From Octopus sinensis (lineage: Eukaryota): DNA of 55,278 nucleotides. The DNA is taken from positions 1 to 55,278 of the forward strand of contig NW_021833719.1 of assembly GCF_006345805.1 (NCBI RefSeq), given 5' to 3'. The position numbers and the translations under genes were made by a program. Positions 1 through 12,884 of the stretch are shown here, piece after piece. Under the pieces are notes generated by a model, which ran no database searches, was not told the DNA's origin, and worked only from the letters and a program-made list of their open reading frames with translations. Positions within the stretch are counted from its first letter, which is position 1. The number at the start of each line of letters is the position of its first letter.

Positions 1-408
1 ATGAGGGCAGCGAAGCATATCTCAACTACAAAATTTAGTTAAAATTTAGAAAGGGATTTTAGAACTATGTAGAAGAAAAAGGAAAAGTTGATAAACTTAA
101 ACCTTAAAACTAGGGTCCTTTGATATATAAAAGAAAGTTAAAAAGGCTTTTCTTAAACATAATACTAATGTGGTCATGCTAAAACCATTTAGCAATGAAA
201 ATTTATAATTAAAATTAATATATCATCTGAGCAGGAGTACATGGTTTAATTAAATTACAACCTGAGATTAGAATCTAAACGATAAGTAAAAAATCCCATA
301 TCGGGTAAACTTATTTTCAAAAACTCTTAAAGAAACTAATATTGTTATACAAAAAAAATACCAGCAATAAAGAAGAAAAACGTGAAGGGATATAAGGTGT
401 AAAATATC

Positions 409-503
409 ATATATATATATATATATGCATAAAAATATCACACCACACACACACACACACACACACCACACACACAAACACACAATATATATATATATAT
501 ATA

Positions 504-556
<53 letters not shown>
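409..556. repeat. Compound (TA)n/(CA)n microsatellite
   Basis: Direct reading; its last TA doubles as the left TSD of the mariner at 557. Confidence 0.95.
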
Positions 557-560
<4 letters not shown>

Positions 561-1193
561 GCTGAGTAAAAAAGAAAGCAATGTTTTGAAACATGAAATT
601 CATCCAATATATTTCAACACTGGGATGTGGTCCTGTTCCTTCGCAAAACGAGCCCCTTTTAATTGTGCTCAGATTGCTTTCAGTTTTGGTGTATCGATGC
701 AACTCTGAATTTTGGTTACGATCAACTAATTATTTTATCTCGTAAATTAAAGAATCTGATCTTATTTGGAATTAAAGTTGGGAAATTTGGGTAAATTTTA
801 GCCAATCAACAGACAGCGAGGCATTAACAGCTCATTACCATGACAACCGTACATTGTGTTGATTCTTCCCGCCACAAGATTTACTTCACCCGCGTCTTTT
901 GTTTTAATAAAAAAGTATATTTATCAATTAGAATTTTATGAGAGATATTTTTCGTCAATTGTCTTTTCATGTATAACAAAAGTTGTTTGCGATGTTTATA
1001 CAGTTTCATGGCATTACGAAGGTGAATGGAATATGTGAACTTAGTACAGATAATTTGACATTATTTTTGGATTCTGCATGCTAAAACATACAAGATGCCG
1101 GTATTCTTTTTCTTGGCACAAATTCTTTGTTGACCGGCGTTATTCTTATCGTAGTTTACGAATCTAAGCATGAAAACGTTACTCAACTTTGAC

Positions 1194-1351
<158 letters not shown>

Positions 1352-2098
1352 GCACTTATATATCAATGATATACACAAATCTGGAGTTCTTGATCTGATG
1401 AACTCTTTGAACACATTTCCAGCATCGGTTTGATTTTTGAACTCCTTCTCTCACAAGAAACCATCAAGGTGCTTGAATAAGTGGTAGTCGGTAGGAGAAA
1501 GACATGAGGAATTAGCTGGGTGGAGAAGAACTCCGCAGCCAAGTTCGCTCTACTTCTGGAGCGTCATGAAGAATGTTGACCAGTCTGGGATGGAGGAGTA
1601 ACAGTTTTTCGTTCATTTTGGCAATTTCATGGCAATATGTTTCTGCAGTAATGGTTTTTTCTGGGTTTTAAGAAGTTATGGTGGATGAGTCTAACAGTAC
1701 ACCACCAAACAGACACCATAACCTTCTTTTTGAAGAGCTTGGGCTTAGGGAAGGTTTTCGATGCTTCATTTTGGTCCAACCATTGCGAAGAACGTTTTTT
1801 ATTATTGTACAAAATCCACTTTTCATCGCAAGTTACAATACAGCCGAGAAATGGATCGGTCTGGTTATAATGGAGAGGTGACAAGCAAATTTCGTATCTG
1901 TGCATTTTCTGATTTTCATTCAATGACAGTCTTTAATTGACCGTCATCGATGACAGATGGGCATCCACTACACTCACGTTCTTCAAGGCTCAGGTTTCCA
2001 CTACGAAATTGTTTGAACCATTTCTTCACCAAATGCTTCGTTGATATCGCGAGCAGTTTCAGCTGCTTTACGTCCGTTTTTGAAGCAAAATTACTCAA
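1352..2098 (-). pseudogene. Mariner transposase pseudogene (frameshifted, internally deleted)
   Basis: HTH part KKWFKQFRSGNLSLEERECSGCPS (1916-2098); CIVTCDEKWILYNN...KKVMVSVWW (1627-1923); degenerate YSPDLAPTDYHLF-type motif LSPTDYHLFKHLDGF near 1460-1510. Confidence 0.9.
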
Positions 2099-2787
2099 AT
2101 ATCGCGCTTTGACAGTTCGGTTTCAGATGATTGTAACAACGGTAAAAAAAACAAACAAACATATCAGTGTTAATTTATTAACGTATTTGGGCAAATCTAA
2201 TTTCTGTATTTAAAACAGTTGCAAAAAATGTTTTAAAATAATTAAAACTCTGCAAAAATCCAGTACAAATTCTAGAGGGTTCAAAACCTTACTTACTTTT
2301 TACTCAACCTGATATAAAAATTTTAGAAAATTTATGGAATATACCGTGTGATTATAAATGTAAATAAAACACAACAGCCATATTTTATTACATTATAAAA
2401 TGATTTAACAGGGAGAAATTCCAAATCTTTTCAGAATCAGTAGAAATTACACAATTATAAAGGAGGGTTTACAGACTTATAATAAAAAAATAATAAAAAG
2501 TAAAAATATATATATAAATAAGAATAAATAAAAGGTAAAACTTTTTATGTAAACCTCTCTTATAAAAGTGAAATAATAAAAAAAAATTACAAACCTAATG
2601 ACATGAAATGTATAACGGAGATAGAAAGAAATAAAATAAAAAGAAAATAAAAAGCAGGGACAAGCCCAGGTATGCGTAACTTCAGCTAATTAGGGGTTAA
2701 GTACAATAAAGGTAAAAATACCAATTGAAATCCTTTTATCAAATATTTGTAAAATCTAATATAGACACAGAAATGCGTAGAATAATC

Positions 2788-2812
2788 ATATATATATATA
2801 TATTATATATAT

Positions 2813-2856
<44 letters not shown>

Positions 2857-2896
2857 CACATACATACATACACACGTACATACACACACACACACA

Positions 2897-2957
<61 letters not shown>

Positions 2958-3221
2958 CATATGTTGTGATATTTGGGGATGGTCATATTTTTTGCCAATC
3001 AAACACACGACCTGTATATTTGGTCTTCATTTCAGCGTTATTATTATTCTTGTTTTAGTGTGCTTTGTCTGAAATCTTTCGTGCCATATCCTGCAACCTC
3101 TTCAGCCACTCTCCATCCCACGTGTCCCCTGAGGAGACACAGGCCAAAAAATATCACTGTCCCTAAATATAACAATATATACATGTATATATATATATAT
3201 ATATATAATGTATGTGTACGC

Positions 3222-3259
<38 letters not shown>

Positions 3260-3960
3260 ATGTGTATATATGTATGAAAGTATATGTGTATGTATATGTA
3301 TATGTATATATATGTATATATATATGTATATGTGTATGTATATGTATGTATGTGTATGTATGTGTATATGTATATGTGTATATATATTAATTAGTGTATA
3401 TGTATGGACTAGTCTTCTGTGGGTGTGTTGAGGTATGTATGTGTATGCGTGTATGTGAATATACGTGAATGTATGTAGATGTATGCGTGTATGAATATAA
3501 CACGTGCGTGTGCGTATGTGTATGTGTGTACGTGTGAGTGTGTGGGCGTGAGTGAGTGCTTGCGTTCGTATCAGTGAGTAGATAGATAAACGGAATCTTT
3601 AGATCATCCCTTGAGACCGGCTGACCGCGGTCAAGATAAAAATAAAGATATAAACAAAAGTAGTAATAATAAAATTAAAATAAGAGAATAAAAATGTGTG
3701 TGTACGTGTGTGCATGTATATGCATTTGTATATATATGTGCGAGTGTGTATACATATGTGTACGTACATGTATGTATACGTGTATCTGTGTGTACGTACA
3801 TGGGTATGTGTATATATATGTATATATATGTATATATATATATGTATATGTATGTGTATGTATGTATATATATATGTATGTATATGTGGGTATGTATGTA
3901 TATGTATAGATATATGTGAATATGTGGGTGTAATATATGTGTATATATATATATGTAGAT
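2788..3960. repeat. Cluster of (TA)n, (CA)n, (TATG)n and (TG)n microsatellites
   Basis: Tracts at about 2788-2960, 3175-3560 and 3690-3960. Listed ORFs here are dipeptide-repeat artefacts. Confidence 0.9.
2961..3175. repeat. Short diverged inverted repeat (about 33-bp arms)
   Basis: GTTGTGATATTTGGGGATGGTCATATTTTTTGCC (about 2962-2996) vs GGCCAAAAATATCACTGTCCCTAAATATAAC (about 3142-3172); flanked by microsatellites. Confidence 0.5.
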
Positions 3961-4173
3961 GTACAAGTGAGAGTCTCCTTACTTACCTAAAACTCTATTT
4001 TTATTTTTATTTTTTTATTTTTTTATTTATTCTTTTATCTACTTTACCACCGATTCCTTTGACCACTCCCCTAATAATGACAGTTTTGCGCCATGCCTAC
4101 CCCCAAAAAGTCCCCCACCACCACCCATTTAAACCTGCCTAATGTATAAATGCCAAACAAACTCTTGTCTACT

Positions 4174-4225
4174 AGCTTCCTGATGATTTCTTTTGAATGA
4201 AACAGTTCTAGTCCTGTAGAACTCC
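4174..4225 (+). ncRNA. Type I hammerhead-ribozyme-like motif (family 1)
   Basis: CTGATGA 4180-4186; helix II TTTC/GAAT (U.U at 10.1-11.1); GAAA 4199-4202; helix III ACAG/CTGT; GUA cleavage triplet 4216-4218; helix I TTC/GAA plus AG/CT past a bulge. TATAAA lies upstream and AATAAA downstream, as in PLE pLTRs. Confidence 0.6.
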
Positions 4226-4358
4226 CTTCTATATAATAAAATAAATATATATAATATATATAATATATATATATAATATATATATAGAAATTCGGGGTGA
4301 GTACTTGATAATTATAAGCACCTGTGTATACCGTTTGGTGGTGTAGGTGGTGGAGTAA

Positions 4359-4662
4359 ATTGATCAAAATAAATAAAACATGATGCGAAGGATTCAACGG
4401 TACATATGTTTCGGGCCTTTATTAGACAGATTTATAACAATGCATAATGTATGTCTGTGGCCTTCTTCAGCCGCGCACAACAGCTTCCACAAGGACATGT
4501 GTTACATCAAAAATTCTTGGTTGGGGATGCAAATCCTCTTATTCACGTACGACATAATGCGGCAGCAGCATAGAATTGAAGCGTCCATCTCTTTCTTCTC
4601 TCAAAGGCCCGAAACATATGTACCGCTGAATCCTTCGCATCATGTTTTTATTTTATTTTGAT

Positions 4663-4666
<4 letters not shown>
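4359..4666. mobile_element. Head-to-head inverted pair of a PLE-type terminal repeat (family 2)
   Basis: 4359-4420 is the reverse complement of 4603-4666 (about 62 bp, near-perfect). A third copy lies at 5107-5191. The left arm carries an HHR motif. Confidence 0.75.
4396..4475 (-). ncRNA. Minimal type I hammerhead-like motif (family 2), palindromic helix III
   Basis: Minus strand GCGG-CTGAAGA-AGGCC...GGCCC-GAAA-CATATG-T-A-CCG. Helix III is the palindrome ACATATGT. Helix I GCGG/CCG(C/T). Confidence 0.7.
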
Positions 4667-4685
<19 letters not shown>

Positions 4686-4697
<12 letters not shown>

Positions 4698-4890
4698 CTC
4701 CGAACATGAACAAAGAGAAAACAACAACGCTAGGACGTGGAATAAGTATAGTGTTATTGGACGCTCAGGAAAGGAAAGAAAGAAGAATTTAACGTTTCGA
4801 GCAGAGCTCTTTGTCAGAAACATAGAAAAAGGAAAGATCCAAGGAAGGGGAGACAGAGAAAGAAAATCGTCAACGATACATACGCGGTCA
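4686..4890 (-). mobile_element. Short non-coding HHR-bearing element (family 3)
   Basis: Shares GGACGCTCAGGAAAGG and ACGTTTCGAGC.GAGCTCTT.GTC.GAAAC with 23155-23335 and 19785-19890. HHR at 4784-4823: GTTT-CTGACAA-A-GAGC-TCT-GCTC-GAAA-CG-T-T-AAAT. Confidence 0.7.
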
Positions 4891-4936
4891 CATATATATA
4901 CCTTATTAATAAAGCTGAAAAAAAACCCAACCAAAA

Positions 4937-4974
4937 CTGTCCGACGTACGGGAACGTGAAACTCTGAGTAACAG
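4937..4974 (+). ncRNA. Degenerate hammerhead-like motif (family 4)
   Basis: CTGT-CCGACGT-ACG(GGAA)CGT-GAAA-CTC(T)GAG-T-A-ACAG. All three helices pair; the core has C4 and T9 substitutions. Confidence 0.5.
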
Positions 4975-5106
4975 CTTTTTTTATATTTTTGGTGCTTTTT
5001 AATAAAGCATATTACTCTACCTCTGGTATTCGAGTACTATTTTTTTCCACCTTGTTTCGCATTTATGTGCTTACTCTGGTGTATATATATATATATATAT
5101 ATATAA

Positions 5107-5191
5107 ATTGATCAAAATAAAAACATGATGCCAAGGATTCAGCGGTACATATGTTTCGGGCCTTTATTAGACAGATTTATAACAATGCATA
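5107..5191 (-). repeat. Third copy of the family 2 terminal repeat
   Basis: Direct repeat of about 4359-4449; ends before the CTGAAGA half of the HHR. Confidence 0.8.
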
Positions 5192-5212
5192 ATGCATTTA
5201 TAACAATATATA

Positions 5213-5273
<61 letters not shown>

Positions 5274-5279
<6 letters not shown>

Positions 5280-5390
5280 AGCGGTTAACTGGTACTTATT
5301 TTATCGACCCCGAATGGTTGAAAGGCAACACAACCGCGGTGGAATTTGGACTGGGAACGTAAAAACAGACGGAATGGCATTAATAATAAT
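5274..5390 (-). mobile_element. tRNA-derived SINE type A, fragment
   Basis: Reverse complement of the GCCTTTCATCCTTTCGGGGTCGATAAA.TAAGTACCAG core seen in the other type A copies. Confidence 0.65.
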
Positions 5391-5404
5391 AATAATAATA
5401 ATAA

Positions 5405-5481
<77 letters not shown>

Positions 5482-5500
5482 ATAACATTAATAATAATAA
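5390..5500. repeat. (TAA)n(TAG)n(TAA)n trinucleotide tract
   Basis: Direct reading. Confidence 0.95.
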
Positions 5501-6345
5501 CCAAGCAACAATCCATCAGTAGCTGAGAAGTTCAGCCCTGAAAGCAGAGACTGAAGGTTTCATATTGACCGCACAAGATCAAAGCTTGCTTACCAGAAAT
5601 CACCAAGCTAACGTTCTTCAAAACGGTTCTGACTCTAAATGCAGATTCTGCGCCACATTTGACGTAACAATAGACCATCTCGTTTCGAGATGACCTGTGC
5701 TGACACCAAACGAATGCAAAAATCGCCACGATATTTACATTGGAAAATATGTAAACACTACAAAATCGGCACACTTGCTTAGTGGTATGAACATCATCCT
5801 GAGCCAGTCGTTGAAGGTAAAAATGTCGCTATCCTCTGGGATTTTGCAATCAACACCGATAAAATGACTCAGGTTAATCGACCAGACATAATAATTGAAG
5901 ACAGAGAAGAAAATACTAATAGATGCAAGTGTTCCCATTGATAAAAATATATTTGTAAAGGAATTTGACAAATGAAGTAAATATAAGGACCTGGAAATTA
6001 AAATACAAAAGATATGGCATCTTAAAGCAAGAACTGTTCTTGTTATTGTAGGTGTACCAGGTATGATAAATAGGATGTCAGAAACATCTGGACAACATCC
6101 CAGGAGAACAATGTCTCAGAGAAATCCAAAAGATTGCGCTGACAAACACTGCCAGCGTCCTTTGAAAAACCCTATCAATTTAAATGTCTGAGTTGTATTA
6201 CATGAAGATATTTCGCTATCGCCCCGGCCACTTTCCCTCCCCCCGCTTTCAGTCATACTGCAACATCTCTCATCCTTCACTCGCCCTAGGACGCTGGGTG
6301 TGGGTCGGAAAGTGATTGTAACTAACATGCAGATTAAAAGTAAAT
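5501..6345 (+). mobile_element. R4/Dong-type REL non-LTR retrotransposon, 3' fragment
   Basis: Degenerate translation ALKAETEGFILTAQDQ; zinc knuckle CRFC...TIDHLVS; NRHD; WYEHHPEPVVEG; NRPDIIIED; YKDLEIKIQKIW. 3' UTR ends in (CAA)n/(TAA). Confidence 0.85.
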
Positions 6346-6371
6346 AACAACAACAACAACAACAACAATAA

Positions 6372-6586
6372 TTCTTTCTACTACAGACAAAAGGCCTTTT
6401 GAGGGAGCGGGGTTGTCGATTACGTTTACATCGACCCCAGTCCTCAACTGGTACATAGTTTATCGACCCCCGAAAAGATGAAAGGTAAATCGACCTCAGC
6501 GGCATTTGAACTCAGAATGTAGTGGCCGAAAAAATACCGCTAGCATTTCGCCCGGTGACCTAACGATTCTGCCAACTCACCACCTT
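6372..6586 (-). mobile_element. tRNA-derived SINE type A, near full length
   Basis: Minus strand: GGTGGTGAGTTGGCAGAATCGTTAG head, GAGTTCAAATGCC B-box-like motif, central CCTTTCATCTTTTCGGGGGTCGATAAA domain. Confidence 0.8.
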
Positions 6587-6601
6587 AATAATAATAATAA
6601 T

Positions 6602-7104
6602 TGCCAGGCAGTGGCTCTCATGGCTTCTGATCTTAACTGATTAGAAGTGTTATCATGTACATTGTTTTGTCTTGGTATAAAAGATGGCCTACAGCAAATA
6701 CTCTGCTCAGTACGACAGATCTACTTGTCAGTTGTTTGACCTTAACCAGTTGAGACTTTAGTGGCTGACGATGTGTGCATCTCTGACCATGAGCAGAAGT
6801 AGTGGGGGAATATCATGTGTTGGGAGGAATTCTTTGCAGTTTGGATAATTCACCTCTGGAAACATAGGTGTTTCGTTCAACATCCTTAAACAGCCCATAC
6901 TCAAGGACCTTTCGAGCGGGATGGGCTACTCGACCTGAAGAAAAATTCTAACTGGACCCTACTTGACATGAGATAACCATGTCGCACACACATTGTGTAC
7001 CTGGTGTAACCTTATCAGACAAGTAGTCACGATGGGTATACTGAGCTTCGTAAATTTTACCCCAGGGTCACTTTGATGGCATGCACTGCTCTCCCACTCA
7101 CTCA
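6602..7104 (+). mobile_element. About 520-bp non-coding interspersed repeat flanked by (TAA)n (family X)
   Basis: Reverse complement of 28690-29216 over its full length; partial copy at 9512-9614; no ORF. Confidence 0.85.
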
Positions 7105-7139
7105 ATAATAATAATAATGATGATATGATGATGATGACA

Positions 7140-9517
7140 TAGAATGTTTATAAGAAACTTTAAGTTTGACAAGACTATCGAACCAACAAAAATCCGAAAA
7201 TTAAAGAAAAAATATATGAAAACCATATTTGACATCGATACCACCATAGAAACCATCAAGCAAAAGGTATGTGCTAAAGCTGCCCACATAGCAAGGTATG
7301 AAAAGCGCGTTAGATTCTTCAGGGACAGACATGTTCAAAAATAACCCCAAAACATTATACAGGAAGATAGGGACAGTAAAGTTTGTCCCTTCAAAAGAAG
7401 TGTAAGAGTTTGGGAATAAAATTTGGGCAGAAGAAAAACAATAGAAAGGCCCCTTGGATTGATAGAATATCAACAGACTTTAAATTTTTACAGGAGTAAA
7501 AGTGTGGGGGGGGTGTCAAGGTATAAGATATAAAATCTCAGGAGGTCAAGCAAATGGAAGTCTCCAGGAAAGGATAAAATTCCTAACTTCTGGTTGAATG
7601 CCTTCCCAGAGACTCATGAACAGCTATCAAAACTTTACAACAATGTTTTGCAACAACCCAGTAAGATTCCCTCTTGGATAGTTGTTACATTTCTACTTTC
7701 AAAAAATGAAGAAACAAATGCGCCAAAAATTATAGACCCATAAATTGCTTAACAACAATGTATAAAATACTAACATCTGTTTTGACTGAATATACCTATA
7801 GCTTTTTAACTGGAAGTGGCATATATGGGTCCTATGGCTGTAAAGAGCAGCGACTCATTAATAAGATGATTTTGGAAGATTGTCACAACAAAGAACTGGT
7901 CGAAAGCCTGGGTAGACTATAAAAGAGCTTTTGATAGTCTACCACATAGCTGGATTAAGAAATACCTGTAAATGTATAAAATAGCACCTACTCTGCGAAA
8001 GTTACTGGCGGTAAGTTTGAGATCATGGAGAACCACACTGACTTTGAACAGTGACAATGAATTCCTCAATGCTGGAATGTAAGAATTTCATGTGGCATTT
8101 TCCAGGGTGACTCTCTATCATCACTCCTCTTTTTTCTAGTCTTAATACTTCTCTCGAAATTGCTCGATGATGTACAATGTGGCTGCAAAATGTTTGATAA
8201 GAATACAAATAATCTCTTTTACACGAATGATTTAAAGCTGTTTGCAAAAAAATGACCAATTACTACAGGGTTTACTAGCAATTGTTAAACAATTCAGTGA
8301 TGGCATCAGGATGCAATTTGGCCTCGATAAATGTGTAAAAGCTACCTTTATCAAAGGAAAAGTGACAGAAACATCCAAATTTAATCTTAACCAACAGAAT
8401 GTCATAAAAGGGTTAGAACCATCGGAGAGCTACAAATACATTCAGTGATGAGAAAAAGGATCAGAAGAGAATGTTATCGCAGGTTAAGGGTAACACTCAA
8501 GACAGAGCTGAATGCAAGAAACAGGATCGAAGAGATCAATACTTTAGCCATACCAGTCGTGACTTACAGTCGTGAGTTACTGAAATATGTAATCTTGACA
8601 GAAATATAGGACAATTGTTGACAATGCATAGAATGCACCACCCTAAGGCAGATACAGAACGACTTTACCTGCCAAGAAAAGAGGGTGGAAGTGGACTTTT
8701 ACAACTGGCAATGACAATGAAGATTGCCACAATTGGCTTAGACACCTACTTGAAAAATTCTGATGACTGGATGTTAAAACTAATCTTAAAGCATGAAAGC
8801 AAGAAAACATCATACTCAGTAACAAAACAGGCAAAGGAATATCTAAGTGAATTCCAAATACAACAAATCCCAGAATTAGACAAACTGGAAACAAGCACAG
8901 AAAAAGCTAAGCGTATGAAAACCTGTGCTAAAACTGCTGCCTTAGATATTCTTTCTGACAAATGGCAAGAAAAACCTCTTAATAGCAAATACCCAAAGAA
9001 AGCTAATATTGTCAATGTTGACAAAGCCCTTACCCAACAATGGTTAGTGTCTTCTGGCTTAAAATCAGAAACAGAAGGGTTTATCATAGCAGCCCAAGAT
9101 CAATGCATACCTACAAGGAGTTACCAGGCCAACATTTTAAAGAACGTCAGTAGTCCAACATGTCGTGTACGTAAACAACAAAATGAAACCATCGACCATG
9201 TTGTCTTCATTTGCAGTCTTCTTACCCCCACAGAGAATCTCAACAGGCATGAGAGAGCAGCACAGTAGATTCATTGGGTAATTTGCAAAAACTAGGACCT
9301 GTCCCATGATAAAAAAAAACTGGTGGGAACACAAACTGCCTCCATTGCTTGAAAAAGACCACATCTCACTCCTCTGGAACTTCACCGTTCAAACTGACAG
9401 AAAGATAGATGCGAATAGGCCAGATATTATATTGAAAGACTTCAGACAAAAATCATGCCTCCTCATTGATAGGACTGTCCCAATCAACATAAATGTATCT
9501 GTCAAGACCTACCAAAG
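7140..9517 (+). mobile_element. R4/Dong-type REL LINE, 5'- and 3'-truncated pseudogene (RT, zinc knuckle, start of REL)
   Basis: WKSPGKDKIPNFWL; YRPINCLTTMYKILT; DYKRAFDSLPHSWI; GIFQGDSLS; NDLKLFAKN; FGLDKC; ORF 8615-9268 with RLYLPRKEGG and LKSETEGFIIAAQDQ; ORF 9306-9521 with WWEHK...ANRPDIILKD. Confidence 0.92.
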
Positions 9518-9614
9518 GTGAATTATCCAAACCACAAAGAATTCCTCTCAACACATGATATTCCCCAACTACTTCTGCTCGTGATCAGAGATGCACATAT
9601 CGTCAGCCACCAAT
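9512..9614 (-). repeat. Family X fragment
   Basis: GGTGAATTATCCAAACC...GTGATCAGAGATGCACATATCGTCAGCCAC matches about 28950-29040. Confidence 0.8.
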
Positions 9615-10039
9615 TATTAATATTTTTATTATTATTAATTTCACGCATTCAGAAACAGTTTGGTTGTTTCCGTTCCGCTTTTTTCGTTTCCCTTTCATTT
9701 CTTCATTATTAATCAACGCTAAATTAGAATTATTTTTTAAAGTTTTTTGTTCAATATTTTCGAAATTTAATAATAATATAGTGTTTTAAATATAAAAAAA
9801 AGTCGATGCATCTCTGGATATGAAAAGTTAAATTGAATAAAAATAAATGAAGTTAATAAATCAAATCAATCTTAAAATGAAAAAAGGGGTCCAATGGAGG
9901 CTGAGGCAAGAGTTTAATACAACAACAACAAAAAAACTGTAAAAACAGTTTTTAGAAAATAAGGAAAGAAAAATTAGAGCCAGCGAAATAATTACTCTGT
10001 GTTCAATAACTTGAAAATATTCATCATCCAATATATCTT

Positions 10040-10178
10040 TTACTTGTTTCAATCATTTTGCTGTGGCCATGCTGGGGCACCGCCTTGAAGGGTTTAGACG
10101 AACAAATCGATGCAAGAACAAATTTTTTAAAATCCTGACACTTATTCTACCATTTCTTTGTTGAATCGTTAAGTTATA
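10040..10178 (-). mobile_element. CORE-type SINE (type B) 3' tail fragment
   Basis: TTTTACTTGTTTCA...GGCCATGCTGGGGCACCGCCTTGAAGGG is the reverse complement of the type B tail. Confidence 0.75.
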
Positions 10179-10179
10179 T

Positions 10180-10211
10180 ATACATATAATATATATATAT
10201 GTGTGTGTGTG

Positions 10212-10258
<47 letters not shown>

Positions 10259-10259
10259 A

Positions 10260-10292
<33 letters not shown>

Positions 10293-10305
10293 GAGAGAGA
10301 GAGAT

Positions 10306-10352
<47 letters not shown>
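10180..10352. repeat. (TA)n(TG)n(GA)n(GATA)n compound microsatellite
   Basis: Direct reading; the (GATA)n tract resumes at 11515-11616. Confidence 0.95.
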
Positions 10353-11768
<1,416 letters not shown>

Positions 11769-11810
11769 TTCTCCATTAATATTGCTCGTTTAATTATATA
11801 TATATATATA

Positions 11811-12065
11811 TCTCTTATTATAAAAGGCAGATTTTATCTGCCTCCCTTTGTAACTTATAGAAATCTACAATATAGGATTTCTTCAATTACAATTTATCTA
11901 ACATTTTAAGAGTAGAATGCATGGGTCATGCCAGGTCCAGTTTTTTAAAATTTAAACTCCAATTAAGCAAAATTTACAGAAAACTCACATTCTGGTGTGT
12001 ATGTCAAATGTTTTTTCTTAATGTGGGTTTACACCACACGCAAACGCACACACACACAAAGGGAG
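11811..12065 (+). mobile_element. Helitron-like non-autonomous element, 5' part (H1a)
   Basis: Starts A|TC(TC)TTATTATAAAAGGCAG; about 250 bp nearly identical to 13279-13520; 3' end not located. Confidence 0.55.
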
Positions 12066-12129
12066 CGAATTGTTTCACTGACGCTATCACCCTCTCCTCC
12101 TTTGTCTTGCAAGTTTGCAGCTATTAAAG

Positions 12130-12778
12130 TGAAACAGTGAATCCGACAGCGATAAAGAAAAACGAATTGGTACCTGAATGGAGTGAAAATTTAAAAACTG
12201 TTTCTTTCGGTGATTTTTCTGAAGAAACTGCACCAAGCCACAGACTTTCCCAGAAGAGTAAAGCCTTAGACTATTTCTATTTACTTTTCGAATGAGCCCA
12301 TTTGAAATCATTACGGCAAAACGAACGTTACGCTAAACGTAACAAAACGAAAGAAAGGATATTTGTTATTTCCCACAACCTTAAATGAAATTAAGGCCTA
12401 TTTTGCCATAAATATTATTATGGGTATCAGAAAGTTACCCAGAATAACAAATTCTATTGTAAAATTTGTTGTATACCCAATTGAATATTAGCTAATAACC
12501 CATTTTCTATAGCGATGTTTGAACAAAATTTTAATAATTTATATATTGTTGAATTTACCTGTATCTACCTGCAATTAGAGTCACTTTGTGACAAAAATTA
12601 TAGTATAGAATTGGTTGAGGACATTTCATTAAATTATCTTCCAAATCACGTTAATATATTGATAAATAAAAAAGTTATTGTTGTTTAATGAAACCAGACT
12701 AATTTATGATTACGTTAGAAATTAATTGAAACACATAATGGGTGTATTTTGGTCAGAAATATAGTAACGAAGGGTTAA
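12130..12778 (+). mobile_element. piggyBac-like remnant (N-terminal transposase fragment plus right end)
   Basis: SDSDKENELVPEWSENLK...LDYFYLLF...TTLNEIKAYFAINIIMGIRKLPRI resembles PGBD N-termini. Terminates in GAAGGG|TTAA (12775-12778). Left end not found. Confidence 0.6.
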
Positions 12779-12884
12779 GAAAAACCAAAAATATTTTATT
12801 CTTTATAAATGTTGTATTCAAAATAACATTTCTTTTAAGAATGTGTATATAACAAAGTATGTGTATATAACTACGTGACTTATA

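Noticed and set aside
1-408. Very AT-rich stretch (also 2315-2787) suspected to be a mitochondrial insertion (NUMT)
   Set aside because: No frame under the standard or invertebrate mitochondrial code gave a recognisable protein, and I found no tRNA or rRNA motif.
2690-2700. GGG|TTAA as a piggyBac end
   Set aside because: No matching TIR or transposase sequence nearby; likely chance.
3070-3115. Hammerhead-like CTGAAGA-GGTTGC...GCAC-GAAA on the minus strand, with a vaguely similar stretch at about 42995-43030
   Set aside because: Helix I cannot be formed and helix III is imperfect, so it was not counted.
6602-6680. HDV-like ribozyme at the 5' end of family X (expected by analogy with R2/R4 5' UTRs)
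   Set aside because: I could not assign the P1/P2/P3/P1.1 nested pseudoknot; only a short TGCCCTG/CAGGCA hairpin is visible (29197-29216 copy).
8615-9268. 217-aa ORF as a functional gene
   Set aside because: It is merely the longest unbroken piece of a heavily frameshifted R4/Dong LINE.
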